From Anthoceros angustus (taxonomy: Eukaryota; Plantae; Anthocerotophyta), in the NCBI GenBank assembly GCA_010909165.1, contig MU008161.1:1426001-1490000 (forward strand): a stretch of 64,000 nucleotides of DNA, read 5' to 3'. Under the pieces are notes generated by a model. The model had not been told where the DNA came from, did no database searches, and worked only from the letters and a program-made list of their open reading frames with translations. Both the position numbers and the translations under genes were made by a program. Shown here in pieces: positions 12,695 to 24,588 of this stretch (the first letter of the stretch is position 1; the number at the start of each line of letters is the position of its first letter).

Positions 12695-13697
12695 TTACAC
12701 TTGAGGAGGCCTCTCCTCATCGAACCACCTAGGGGGATCGAAGCCAGTGCCGCCTGCAACCACACCGTCACTCTCAAGTCATTCATAGAAGACATAGCAC
12801 ACAAGGCAGCATGCCATCCATGTGCAATGAAGTCTCACCAAGGGGATTGCAGCGAGCAAGGCGCCAGAGTGTCAAAACTGTTCCCTTGACAACTCCATAC
12901 CTCTTGTAGGCTTCCTGTGCATACACACTACATGTGGGGACATACCGGCAGCTCCCTGGCAGGTATGGCGAGATTTCACCTGCAAATGCACTTGCTTCAT
13001 AAGAAACACGTTTTCCGCGAAGGACAGTGCCATATTGAGGACTCAGTTGGGCAAGGGCCAAGAAATGGGTATGCATACCCTTGTAAAACTGCAGGAGGGC
13101 AAGTGCGAGCTTCACTCCAGGTTGCTCCTTCTCCGGACTCTGCTCTGTGTCTGCCACCAATTCCACTGCCTAGGGTTTCAATGCAGTACAGGCAGGTGTA
13201 GAGGTAATCCAAGTCCCATCCACGCAAAATTCCAAGCTGTGTGACGGCATCACCTTGAGGCTCGGTGCCATCTTGGAGTGAGCAAGAGCAAACCCACTTG
13301 TGGCTGGCACACTGCGACTTCCCAGCTCTACCCACCAGCTCCCCTTGATAGCAACCAGAAGGCTGAAGCGATGGTGCCACCTCATGGAGCCTGGAAGGAC
13401 CCCTGTTCACAACTGGACCATGGTCTTGACCAATGCTGGCCTGGCATCCCCGGCCTGAAACGGGCCTGCGAATTCTCATCACCCTCGGCGTGAATTCGTG
13501 ACGAGCCTTCGTCAAGCCTCACGCGGGAGGGTAACGGTGTGAAGAACAATGTAAAACATACAGACCTACCGCGCTACGAACGCAGGCTGCGGGCAGACGG
13601 TGATTTCGGCGAACGTGCGTGGCTTCGGCCTCGATTCACGAAGAAGCAAGGAGTGCGCACTGGTAGACAGCTTGACGAGGTGCACGCCAGTCGCCAT
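12695..13697 (-). CDS. YidD/UPF0161 membrane-protein insertion efficiency factor, with organellar-targeting-like N-terminus
   Basis: [13 protein letters not shown]|[47 protein letters not shown]|[14 protein letters not shown]. The CRYxPTCSxY, RCNP and GxDP motifs define YidD. Start at 13697 is inferred. Confidence 0.88.
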
Positions 13698-14040
13698 GGA
13701 CCGACCCAGAGGAGCAAGAGTCGAGGAAATCAGGAGGCCCCATGGACCGAACGATGAGAAGCCAAAATGAAGAAATGTTTTTGAATAAAATGATGTGCGT
13801 CTGGAGCGGGCTATACAGACTCCATCGTGAAGAGCAGAGCCAAGTGAAAATGAGCTTCGCTAACGAGAGATGCAATACACGATAATGGGAGCCGATGGAT
13901 TGATTCTGGTTCTACGAGGAATCCGATGAGGCAAGGGCAATCCAACGGCACCAGGTGCGTGCCGGGAGGCAGGCTCCCGGCGCGCTCTTTATTGTGCCCA
14001 TGTCAGCTCCTCCCCGCCCAGCTGCTCCAGCTGGAGCACA

Positions 14041-14280
14041 TCACTTGCAGTCGCACTTGTTGACGTCATCGTTGCACTTGCTGCAGTCGGGGTCGCCGGA
14101 CATGGCGACGGCCAACACATTCTCGCTGCACGCCATGATAAGAAGAAGCAAATGTTAGGACAGTCGAACGGAGCGAATTCCGAGAGCCACGGCCAGCGCA
14201 CCCAACAATTGAAGAAAGAGCAGAAGAGGAGGAGCAGAAGCAGATGCAGAAGCAGAAGCTCACAACATAGCAGAGGCCAT
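14041..14280 (-). CDS. Small Cys/Asp-rich peptide A, 33 aa: MASAMFENVLAVAMSGDPDCSKCNDDVNKCDCK
   Basis: Exon 1 14280-14264 (17 nt), GT-AG intron 14263-14126, exon 2 14125-14041 ending TGA. TATAAA at 14396-14391. Paralogous to peptides B and C. Confidence 0.85.
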
Positions 14281-14390
14281 TGCGAGCCGGAAGGAAAGCG
14301 AGCGGGGCGTTTGGGAAGCTCGGAGACAGCGAGAGCTCGAGAAGGCAGTGAGTGATTGCTTGCTTTGCCAAACGCAAGTTGCGGTGTGGC

Positions 14391-14396
14391 TTTATA
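14391..14396 (-). promoter_or_regulatory. TATA box of peptide gene A
   Basis: CTATAAAG in GC-rich context ~110 nt upstream of the ATG, followed by a pyrimidine-rich leader; similar spacing in all three paralogs. Confidence 0.7.
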
Positions 14397-15798
14397 GCCC
14401 AAGACGAAGCGGGATGCGCCGGGCGCGGCGAAACGGCGAACGAATCCAGCCAGTGGCGAGTCCATGTTGGCTCTGGGGTGTGTCGCAGTCGTGGTGGTAG
14501 CTGCGGGCCTCGTGGGCAAAGGACGCCGGCACGGGCTCGGCCCCACTCTGCTGCCCCATTTTCTAATGGCGAAACCCGCACGGGTTGCGCCCCTCGGGCG
14601 AAACGGGCGTTTAGCCGGGCGAGTGCTCGGGCCGCGCGCCCGGCTGCGTGCTCCACACAGGGAGGGAGTGTGCAAGTCCTGTGTCAGGCCTGGGCGAGTT
14701 TGTTACACCTGTGGCTCCGGAACGTATGTTGATCCACCATCTGTTTGTCTACCACTGTAAATACAGCGTCTGGGCTATCCGGCTCGCTAGCGCTCTTCAG
14801 ACGTTCGGACAAGAGTGGGTCCACGTACACCTTATCGAGCTCTGGGAGCCATGTCCATGCCAGTATGCGTTGGCAAGTTAATGCTTGCAGAGGTGCAAGC
14901 AGTGTCTCTGCTTGCAGTACGTCGCAGCATCATCTGTAAAGCTTGTGCTGTCAATGAATGGATCTACGGCCAAGGGAAGTTCTACCTATTGGATGAAGGT
15001 GTATAGACAGGAGTCTACGTTCTGTTCTCTTGGCTCCTTCCTGAAGCCAAAGTTCCCCAAGCAATTCTCGAGGGTAGAGAAAGAGTGTACACCACTGTAC
15101 ATGAGTATACATGTATGTTTGAATTCGGGCCCGGGGAATCGAGACAAGCTGGCAATCGCAAGACGATGACGAGCAATCTGGATGGGGGCATTGAAGTACA
15201 CTTGGTACAGGTGCAACTTGTTGGCGAGCGGCTGACGGCAGTGGGACTGTACTGCTGCAGCAAGAGCATGGCTACTGGCCAGGGGGCAGACGATTCCTGA
15301 AACTTCCAAGATTCCCAGCTGCAAACGCACTGACGCTTGCAATTGATACTTGCTGCCATTACCCAGACGGACAGGATGTGCATCGCCCATGTGAAGTGGG
15401 GGCCAGCTACTGTAACTCGCCAAGCAGGGGAGCCGCTGTGGCAAAACCAGGAGATATCCAGACTCCATCTGGAGCACGGTGTCGGATAGGTTTCAAATTT
15501 GGCAAGCTGGGAATCGGATCAGGCGGCTCCTCTCCTCAGGAAGCAGCGGGACTGCCGGTGTCGGTGCAGGTGCAGGTGTGGAATCTTCGATCCCAGCCTC
15601 GCAGGGGCCAGGATGTGGGTGGTGGAAGCACTAATCGCCGCTGTACAGCAACGGCAGGAGGTCGGTGGCAGTTGCAGGTTGGGAAGCCATCCGGACGACA
15701 GAGACCCGTCCGCTTCGCCCGCCTCTACCTCCCGGGGGCCCAGCTAGCGGGGCCAGGGCTCGGCCAATTGCAGGCCTCGCCTCGGCTTGGCTGGAGAG

Positions 15799-15804
15799 TA
15801 TAAA
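15799..15804 (+). promoter_or_regulatory. TATA box of peptide gene B (CCAAT ~35 nt upstream)
   Basis: GTATAAAG ~125 nt upstream of ATG 15928; CT-rich leader follows. Confidence 0.7.
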
Positions 15805-15927
15805 GGCGCAGCAGGCACTCAGCTCTCCTCACACTTTCAAGCTTCCTCGCCCTTCTGCGATCCAAGCTTCCTTCGCCTCTTCCGCTTTCGTCTTGTCTCC
15901 TTCGATCAGCCGCGCTCAGCGCCATCT

Positions 15928-16133
15928 ATGGCCTCTGGAAACATGTGTGTGCTTGCAACAGTCGCTCGGCTGTCCTGTCCTTAATTCACAACTTGTGAGC
16001 GAGTTGAGCGCTGATGAGTGTTGCTTGTGGTGTGAGTGAGTGCAGGAACATGAGCTCCGTCCTGGCGGCTGGCGCCGGAGACCCCGACTGCAGCAAGTGC
16101 AACGACGATGTCAACAAGTGCGACTGCAAATGA
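15928..16133 (+). CDS. Small Cys/Asp-rich peptide B, 34 aa: MASGNMNMSSVLAAGAGDPDCSKCNDDVNKCDCK
   Basis: Exon 1 15928-15944 (17 nt), GT-AG intron 15945-16045, exon 2 16046-16133 ending TGA. The last 18 aa are identical to peptide A despite synonymous nucleotide differences. Confidence 0.85.
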
Positions 16134-18254
16134 AGCGCGCCAATGCGCAAGCAAGCAAGCGTCCCCATGGAGGCGGATTTCACGTTCCATCTTCCGCCTC
16201 TGCCTCCGGCTTGCAGCTTGCTGCTGAAGTGGAGCTGTGCGTGTGCAAACCAAACCCTAACGGCCTGTCTCGATCTTTCAAAAGGCATGTCTCGCTCGAG
16301 TTGGATGAATCCAAGTCGACTCCATTCTCGGCTAGCGGGTAGGGGATGGGGAAAGGGGATGGGGATGGAGTGGGATGTGTCGTCATGTCATGTTGTCGTA
16401 ACTCGTTAAATATGTCAAAGACCTCTTTGTGCCTTTTTGGCTACCTATTATAAAGCGGCGTATATTTTGTTATTAACAAATGGATTGAATGATTCGAGAA
16501 CTCAGTGCGGATTCCCGAACTTCCTCAACATCGTTTCTTGCAAATGCATTGGCCTCTGCTATTGTAGTTGGAAACACTATACGCTATGTTGTGAGAGGCA
16601 TGTGAAACGTCGAGATCCCGGCAAACCTCCGTCAAAGCAGCTGGTCTGGACATTGTGATTTCAGTCAGAGCAGAAGGACATTGGATTATGCTGTTTAGAC
16701 ACAAGGTCTTCACATAACATATTTCATTATCAGGAACATTGCTCATTCCGATTAGCGTTAAGTCGTGCTTGGAGGTAACTGCAGACCACGGACCAGAAGC
16801 TTACGCTGCATAACTCGTTAGATACACGGTTCAGTAGTCCCACAGCACCACTCTCTCAGACTATCGATATCATGCAACTGCGAGTAGCTGGATCTGTCCA
16901 AGCTGCATGAAACAGTCACATATAGCTGCCCAAGTGAAAAAATTAAGGTACCTCCTTTTACATTCCAAATTTCCAACCTACGTATGTGCATACGATATCG
17001 CCCATCCATGACAAGGTGGGAAAAGGCCGGGGCCCGGAGTCTGATGTTGCCACCGATCGGCAAGGCCTTTCGGAGACTCATCCACTTGCCGGGGCCATTT
17101 TTAAGGAACTCCAATGTTGCACCTAGTGCCCAGTGCATCGAATCCCAGTCTCTCAGTAAGTAGCTAGTCTGTACTGAGCATGTCAAGACACAAATACATA
17201 CATGCACATATACGATGGTATGCCCTGAGGCTCTTGGAGTTCGCCGCCAGCGGCCAGGATGAGTTGTGCAATTTCAGGCAGATAGATAGCTTGCGTGGTA
17301 GTCAAGTTATACGGTATACCCCCTCATGCCCCTTCAGATGTACACGCAAGCTTAGAATTTTGATGCCCATGGATATCGAAGGTGTAGCAAAAGCAGAGCC
17401 TTTGAATACTCCGTCTGGACAGGATTCCTTCTTATCCACGATGGGCATTGGCGACAAACGTCCACACGTTGGAAATGTTATAGAAATACGACGCAGTGCT
17501 CAAGCCCAGAAGTTGTGGTCTGAGTTGGAGACAGAAGCTGTAGGAATTGAAACTATATTCCAGTTCCAAATCGTCATGGGCTTGCCACAATTCCAACTTG
17601 CAAGCAAGGTACGTCAGCTGTTTGAACTGATCTACAGGTATTGGATGGATGATGGTGTCACTGCGCAGACAAGCTTCCAATACTTGAACTTGGTTGCAGC
17701 AATGCAGACCGTGTCATGTAGACAGACAAGGCTTGAAATCCAGACAAGAATTTCTTGGCAACTAGGCCCCAATCATGTACACAAAGTTGTCCCATACCTG
17801 TCGCTGAAGCTGAAGCGCCCAGGGTTGGTACGTACTTTTCGAACACTTCCAGTTTACCGGTAGCGCGGACTGTATGTAGATCTTCAGGTTTGAGCTCGAT
17901 TCCAAGGGAACTGTAGAAGCCGTTGTACGTTGATCATGGGCACTGCAGCTGGGCCGATTCCGGGCTCGGGAAGACCTCTGCCGCCCAGATTCCTCAACAC
18001 GAGTCTGAGAAGAGATTCCTTGCGGAGAGTAGTGGGCCCGGGCCCGGGGTCCGGCTGCTCGGGCTCGGGCCAGCCCGGCCATGGCGTGTGTGGCTGCTGC
18101 TCTGCAGCGTCCTGCTCCTGACTCCTGACTCCTGGGGCCCCGGTAGTGGAGGCAGATGGACCACCACCAACCCGATCCAGGCCGTGCCTTTCCCACCGCC
18201 AACAGCCCAGCTGGTTGCGCCGGCCAGGCAGGGGCAAAACCGCTCCCGGCCCGC

Positions 18255-18260
18255 TATAAA
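18255..18260 (+). promoter_or_regulatory. TATA box of peptide gene C
   Basis: CTATAAAAG ~106 nt upstream of ATG 18366; CT-rich leader follows. Confidence 0.7.
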
Positions 18261-18365
18261 AGGCCTGGCAGGCAGACCATTTCTCATCAACTGCTCTCTC
18301 GCTTCCATCGCCTTCTGCTTCACTACACCACTCTTTGCTCTCCTCCGCGACTCTTCTCAGCGACC

Positions 18366-18561
18366 ATGGCCTCCGGCAACGTGTACGAGCCCCGCCTCCT
18401 CCTCCTGCGGCTGTCTCTCCGTTTGCAGACTTGTGCTGGCTCAGCGTTCTGATGAATTGAATGCTGTCTTTGATCACAGGCACTTCGTCCTGGCCGCGGC
18501 CGGTGGAGACCCCGACTGCGTCAGGTGCAGCGACGATGCCAACAAGTGCGACTGCAAGTGA
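18366..18561 (+). CDS. Small Cys/Asp-rich peptide C, 32 aa: MASGNVHFVLAAAGGDPDCVRCSDDANKCDCK
   Basis: Exon 1 18366-18382 (17 nt), GT-AG intron 18383-18479, exon 2 18480-18561 ending TGA. All 4 Cys and the Asp positions are conserved with A and B. Confidence 0.85.
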
Positions 18562-19604
18562 AGCGCCTGCTGCTGCAGACATGGGTTGAGTGGCTTCATC
18601 ATCCGGAGGCGGGGGTCAGGGAGAGCTGGAATCAAGGAAGGCTCTAGGCTGCAAATTCGGCCATTGTTTTGAAAAGGGAGTTTGTAGCATGGCCCAAGCC
18701 TCCGGAAGCATGTCAGCTATTTATCTAGAAATGAAACCTCAGCCCATCGTTGTAGACAGCTGCGCTGTAATGTGCGCTGGAACCTTTTGTACGCGTCTTC
18801 TTGCATATATGTAAAGGGTGAGAGATTTCCAGCTTACCCCTCTCTCCATCTTGTCAGCTATGCCAGCGAGTGTCTCCATGTCGTCAGCTGTGCTTCGTCT
18901 GTCCCGGAGACAGCTCTAGACTCTAGAGAACAACCACGCAATGTTCATGACAAGTGAGGCACTGAATCACATTGCAATTGTTTTCTGATCAGAATGGTTG
19001 CCTAGGGAGCCAGCATCGTGCCTCGCTTAGCCTCACCTCTGTAAAGTTGTATAGCCTGTCGCTAGTGCTCAGCGTTGGTGCAGGCGCTGATCGTGAGAAG
19101 GCCGGGCTGAAGCTGTCGAACAAACGATCCTGATGCTTTCTCGTGCTACTCATGCTTCTCTTGTTAACCTCGGATGCTTTCATGAGAGAGCGACACATGA
19201 GGAAGCTGTTTTGTTATAATCGTAGCTTAAAAGAGGTCCAAAGGGAATTCGTTCCCCTCCATGTGACCCGGGTTTTCACTACCTAACAAGGAATCACTCC
19301 AGCCGCTCTGAGGGAAGAAGAGATGTCCACGAGCACTACCTGGTGAAAAATGAAAGCCACAGCAAAATTGTGGGACCCGATAACTAAGGTGTGTCGAAAG
19401 GCCCCACAACTTCAGTCACGCACTCAAGATTTCAGGTTTCGGAAAGCCTAAGGGGCTTCACGGTGAAGCAAACAGATGAGACAGTGAGAATAAACACCAC
19501 GTTGGTTTGTTTCAATATGAAGGCGAGAGGCCCCTTGCCACGGGAAACAAAAACACGAGACACTGCCTCCACAGAAACAGCTTGAAAGACGCAACAAAAA
19601 TTGG

Positions 19605-20315
19605 CTACTCATCCTCCTGGCTGCGAAGACGAGCAGAGGCGTTGGTGACGGCAACATTCAACTGCTGAGCCCTTTCGACAATGGCCTTCCTCTTCGCAGT
19701 TGACACGTTGTGTGCAATTTCTGCACTGTACTTCCTGCACGTTGGAAGAACATCCATAAATTCCCGAGTCAACCCTACGTGCCCTGAGGATAAGGCTCTG
19801 CCCATCTCGCTTTGCAACATTCAGCAAGGAAATGACATACAGGTGCTTCACAACGTAACACACCTGTTGTGCATCAACAGCAGGTCCAGCTCCTTCACGT
19901 TGTGCACAAGGAACTTGACAAAACCGCTGGGCAGCACATGTCGGGTCTTCTTGTTCGAGCCGTAACCAATGTTAGGCATCAAAGTTGTCCCCTTGAACTT
20001 CCTCCTCACGCGGGAGTCAATACCCTTGGGCCGTCTCCAGTTCTCCTGGATCGCACAGGCAGTCACAAATCAACCACCCGAGTCCTCAACCGCATGGGCC
20101 TCACCTGTTGTACCCTATCATTCTCCAAAGCAGGACGCCTCTCAAACCTAGTCCTGCACAACACCACAGCGGAGACGCAAAACACACGACTGCGCACTCT
20201 CAAACCCTCGGCTCGAAAACCTCACCTTCACAGAGATCTTGCGGTCAGACTGCATGCGCTTGAACTTCTTCACGCGCTTCTTCACCACCACCCGCTTCAC
20301 CAAAGGAGTCACCAT
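19605..20315 (-). CDS. RPL32: 60S ribosomal protein L32 (eL32), three coding exons
   Basis: [30 protein letters not shown]|[19 protein letters not shown]...[13 protein letters not shown]...LLMHNR|[11 protein letters not shown]...[12 protein letters not shown]. Confidence 0.98.
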
Positions 20316-20520
20316 GGTTGCCGCAGCGCTGCCGCGCCCCGCACCCACAAGTTGCTACAGCCGATTGTCCGTGGCGGAAAACAGAAAGAGACAGGTGATG
20401 GTGGGCAACAAGGTTTTGTATGTGCCCTAGCCCTAATTCGTAATTCCTTCCCGAGACTAGTGTCCATATTTTCCGAGTAAGGTGCTACTTTAGGCGACTG
20501 GAACATCGTCGAGGAACGCC

Positions 20521-21147
20521 ATGGGTGTGCCCGCTGCGTCATCGTGCGCAGACATGAGCCTCAACACGCTCCACGAGGCCATACAAGCGAGGCGGTTCAA
20601 GGATCTGGCGGTCATCTGCGACACCTTGGAGCTGGAGGCTTTGGCGGCGGGGCGCGGCAAGCCGCAGGACTGGCCTTATGCAGTGCACATCCTGGCGCAT
20701 GTGGCCGTGCAGGACCTGGACTCGGCCAGGTTCGTGTGGAAGCAGATTCCGGCGCAGGTGAAGCAGAACCAGCCGGAAGTGGCGGCCGCTTGGAGGATCG
20801 GGCAGTGCATGTGGATCAGGGATCACGCCGGGGTGCACGAAGCGCTGCGCAGCTACAATTGGAGTCCGGAGGTGCAGCCTGTGGTTTGCGCTGTGGCTGA
20901 GGAGTACTCGCGCAAAATCTTCAAGCTCCTGTCCACGGCCTACTCCACCATCAGCGTCGCGGACGCTGCCAGGTTCCTAGGGCTGTCGGAGAACGACACG
21001 GCGGCCTTCACCGCGCAGCACGGCTGGGTGCTGGATCCCGCCACCAGGATGCTCTCTGTCACCCGGATCTCACCTCCTTCGCAGCAGAAGAAGGACAAGG
21101 GTCACTTGCAAAACCTGACCGAGTATGTCTTCCACTTGGAGCACTAG
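20521..21147 (+). CDS. CSN8: COP9 signalosome subunit 8 (PCI domain), intronless
   Basis: DWPYAVHILAH...DLDSARFVWKQIP...QPEVAAAWRIGQCMW...LLSTAYSTIS...LQNLTEYVFHLEH*, matching the plant COP9/CSN8 C-terminus. Start may be 20521 or 20554. Confidence 0.93.
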   Translation: MGVPAASSCADMSLNTLHEAIQARRFKDLAVICDTLELEALAAGRGKPQDWPYAVHILAHVAVQDLDSARFVWKQIPAQVKQNQPEVAAAWRIGQCMWIRDHAGVHEALRSYNWSPEVQPVVCAVAEEYSRKIFKLLSTAYSTISVADAARFLGLSENDTAAFTAQHGWVLDPATRMLSVTRISPPSQQKKDKGHLQNLTEYVFHLEH

Positions 21148-21696
21148 CGGCCACTGCTCCAGCTCTTTCACACGATTCTCATCCGGCCGGCTCTGGAGCA
21201 GGAGCTTCACCGGGCTGGCCTCTATTCTTCAGGACCTTTGTAAATTCCGCATCTTCGGTAGAGAATCACCTATGCCTGGATTGGCACATTCATTGAGCCT
21301 TTGTTGATGCTCTTGACATCTGAACAGGGTTTTTAGGTGGCCCTTGACATGAACATTTGTATGAATCAGCAAACACATTCTTCCTCTCTTCAACATTTCG
21401 CGGCATACCACGCCTGTCCTGGCCCCACACGCTACCTGCAGCTCGCATTAGTGCGTCTCAGGAATCGGATGCGCTAGTGTGGACAACGTCGTCTACCAGC
21501 GGCTTACATTACGGGCAGGATTTGTTGAGCGCTTAGGGCAAACAAGGCAAAAATACAAAGGGCAAAACCACACGAGGAAGTCACCAGAACTAGTAAGCGT
21601 GGTCTCGCTCGAGGAGTCTGTGCAAGGTGCCGGTCGAAGGGAGATCCGTGCGGCGCATTGAGCCGTCGCGCACGAGGAGCTCTCCTGCCTGCCATA

Positions 21697-24294
21697 ATGG
21701 TGGTCCTGGCGGCTTCCGTGATCAGCAAGACCGGGAAAGGTGCGCGATCTGGATCCGCTGGTTTGGGGTTCTGCACTGGATCTATGGCAGTCAGGCCTTG
21801 GCAATTGACGTTAGGGTGGTGTGACTATGCTGACTTCGATTTCTGGTGCGCCAGCTCTTGTTTCCCGGCAGTTTGTCGACATGCCAAGGATACGGATCGA
21901 AGGGCTGCTTGCTGCGTTCCCGAAGCTCGTTGGGAGTGGGAAGCAGCATACGTTTGTGGAGACTGAGAACGTTCGCTACGTGTATCAGCCGATGGAGAAT
22001 TTGTACCTCCTCCTTGTGACCAACAAACAAAGTAACATACTGGAGGATTTGGAGACGCTCAGGCTCTTGTCCAAGCTGGTATTGTTTAGATCGCTTTTTG
22101 TCTCTCTTGTTCCGGGAATGAAGCAGTTTTGCGAACGCTGTGTCATGCCCTGCTCAACTGGGATTTTGTTTGACTGGATTAGGTTCCAGAGTACTGCCCG
22201 ACACTTGACGAAGAGGGGATCTGCACTGTTGCCTTCACGCTGATCTTTGCCTTCGACGAAGTCATTTCATTGGGTCATAAGGAAAATGTAACTGTTGCGC
22301 AAGTTAAACAGTACACAGAAATGGAGAGTCATGAGGAAAGACTGCACAAGCTGATTATCCAGAGCAAGATCAACGATACTAAGGATGTGATGAAGCGGAA
22401 GGCCAGTGAGATTGATAAGAACAAGGTATTGACTTTGATGTTTCGTTTAGTTCTTGTGAGGTTTGGCCTAGCTGGGTTTGCGGTGTGGGATGCTTTGAAA
22501 CTGTGGAGAACTTGCCCAAGCTAAGGAAGTGGATGATTGTGTATGCAGATATTGCAGAGTGACAGGCAACGGGAATTGAAAGGAGGTTTTGCGTCTGTTA
22601 ACTCTTCGGGAGCCATCAGATTTGACAATGGTATCAGTGATTTAAGTGATCTGGGGAGCAGTTCGGGATTTGGCTCAGGCCTAGATTCAGACCCCTTCGG
22701 AAAACCAAAAGGTTGTATGCCCTTTCTCCCTCTTGCCAGAGCCTCTTGTAATGTCCAGGGCGAAATGCAGGTTAGGTGTGCTTCGTGCATCCTAATAAGC
22801 TTAACTTTTATCATTACAGGACGGTCAACACAACCTGTCCCCGCTGTTGCCAAAGGAGCTGGTATGAAGCTTGGCAAGTCACAGAAGGCAAACCAGTTCT
22901 TAGAATCCTTGAAGGCGGAAGGTGAAGTGATTGTAGAGGATGTCCATGCGGCACCTGGGCCTTTGCAGACAGCTTTTATTCCTACAGATCCTATCACTAT
23001 TACTGTGGAAGAGCGGCTTGAAGTCACTTTGAAGAAGGACGGTGGTCTGGAGAATTTTGAAGTGCAGGGTACCATGGCGTTAGTTGTTCAAAAACAAGAA
23101 GATGCTTTTCTTCAAGTTCAGGTCTGGTTTTCTTGAAGTTGAGTAAATGACAACATTTTTTTTGTCGAAAGTAGGGTTTTTCCTGCCTACATTGCCAAAA
23201 CCAACCTGAGGATGTATGCCATGCAATTCAGGGTGAAAGAAGTGTGGTAGTCTGACACTGTGAAATGATTGTCGCAGATTGAAACGGGTGAAAACAGAAA
23301 TTTCCAGTTCAAGACCCATCCCCTCATTGACAAGAACCTGTATCTAAGAGAGAATATACTCGGCTTGAAGGAGCCGAACAGACCTTTTCCAACTGGTAGC
23401 CCCTCAGGGATATTGAAGTGGCGAATGCAAAGCAAGCAGGACTCTCTTGTTCCTCTTGGCAGTAAGTGCTTGGCTGTTGGATTTCAATCTTGCACATTAG
23501 AGATCATAATTTTCTGTTGGATGCTCTGAGCCTGGCACCAAGAAACCTGAACTGCATGATGTGAGCTCTACCTCTGATGTGGGTTTGTTGTCTCCAGTAA
23601 ATTGCTGGCCCTCTGTCTCTGGCGGGGAATGTTACATCAACATTGAGTATGAAGCCTCAAAAGCATTTGATCTGCAGAATGTTGTAATCAGCATACCCTT
23701 GCCACCTTTGCGGGATCCACCAAGCATGAATCAAGTTGATGGAGACTGGACGTAAGTGAAGAGACTTCAAGTCCCCTGAACAGTATCATTGGCTGTCATC
23801 TTGTACTGATGGATCTTGTACTGGCAGGTATGATGCGCGAAAGTCCGTCCTGGAATGGTCTATCACCTTGATTGACAATACCAATCGGAAGTAAGCCATC
23901 ACGTCTATGTAATCCCAGTCTCTCCCGCTTTTGCTGCTTGTTAGACATCTGACCGTCGTCCTGTCTGTGAACTTCACCAAAACCATAGTGGGACCATGGA
24001 GTTTGTGGTGCCACCAGCAGATCCGTCGGCCTTCTTCCCGATTGATGTGAAATTCACTGCCACCAAGACATTCTGTGATATCAAGGTATGTACTTTGTTG
24101 CCTACGTGCTTAGTAAACAAGGACCTTTGGCAATTTAAAATTGTCTGACGTCGTTGAGTACTTTGTCGGCTGCATATTGCTGAATCTGTGTCGTTTGAAT
24201 TCAGGTTGGCACCGTTAAGAACACGCAAAGTGGATCTCTTGCAAAATTTGCCGGACCCACTCAGCTGGTGGTTGATAGCTACCAAGTTGTGTGA
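21697..24294 (+). CDS. Coatomer subunit delta (delta-COP), multi-exon
   Basis: [14 protein letters not shown]|[48 protein letters not shown]...[10 protein letters not shown]...[11 protein letters not shown]...NCWPSVSGG...[13 protein letters not shown]|SGTMEFVVP...SYQVV*. Confidence 0.97.
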
Positions 24295-24588
24295 TCTTAC
24301 TGCCGACAGTGATTACACGTCGGTGTTTTCATACGTTGGTAGGCAGGGCATTGAAGCCTGCCTCCACGTCGGATAAATGTGTACTCCTTATGGAAGGAAA
24401 GGTGCCGAACAGCCACTAGCACCGAGGAGAGGCCCTCAAATCGCAGAATGATCTCAGGAGGAGAGGCTCTCGCAATTTTTTCATTATGTGCTACTGCTTG
24501 TTGGTGGTGAGACCAGGATAGGCTGTAGCCGGGAGAAGCTTCTCCTGGCATTGTATGCCTTAGAACGGCCCCGTCATCTGTTCCCTAT

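Noticed and set aside
14041-18561. Calling the small peptides canonical metallothioneins or IRON MAN peptides
   Set aside because: Only 4 Cys in one cluster and no C-terminal APAA; no gene symbol is justified.
13989-18582. Long ORFs 13989-14675, 17884-18582 and 17923-18561
   Set aside because: They are GC-rich promoter or intron read-throughs with low-complexity translations. 17923-18561 merely ends in the frame of peptide C exon 2 and spans its TATA box and intron.
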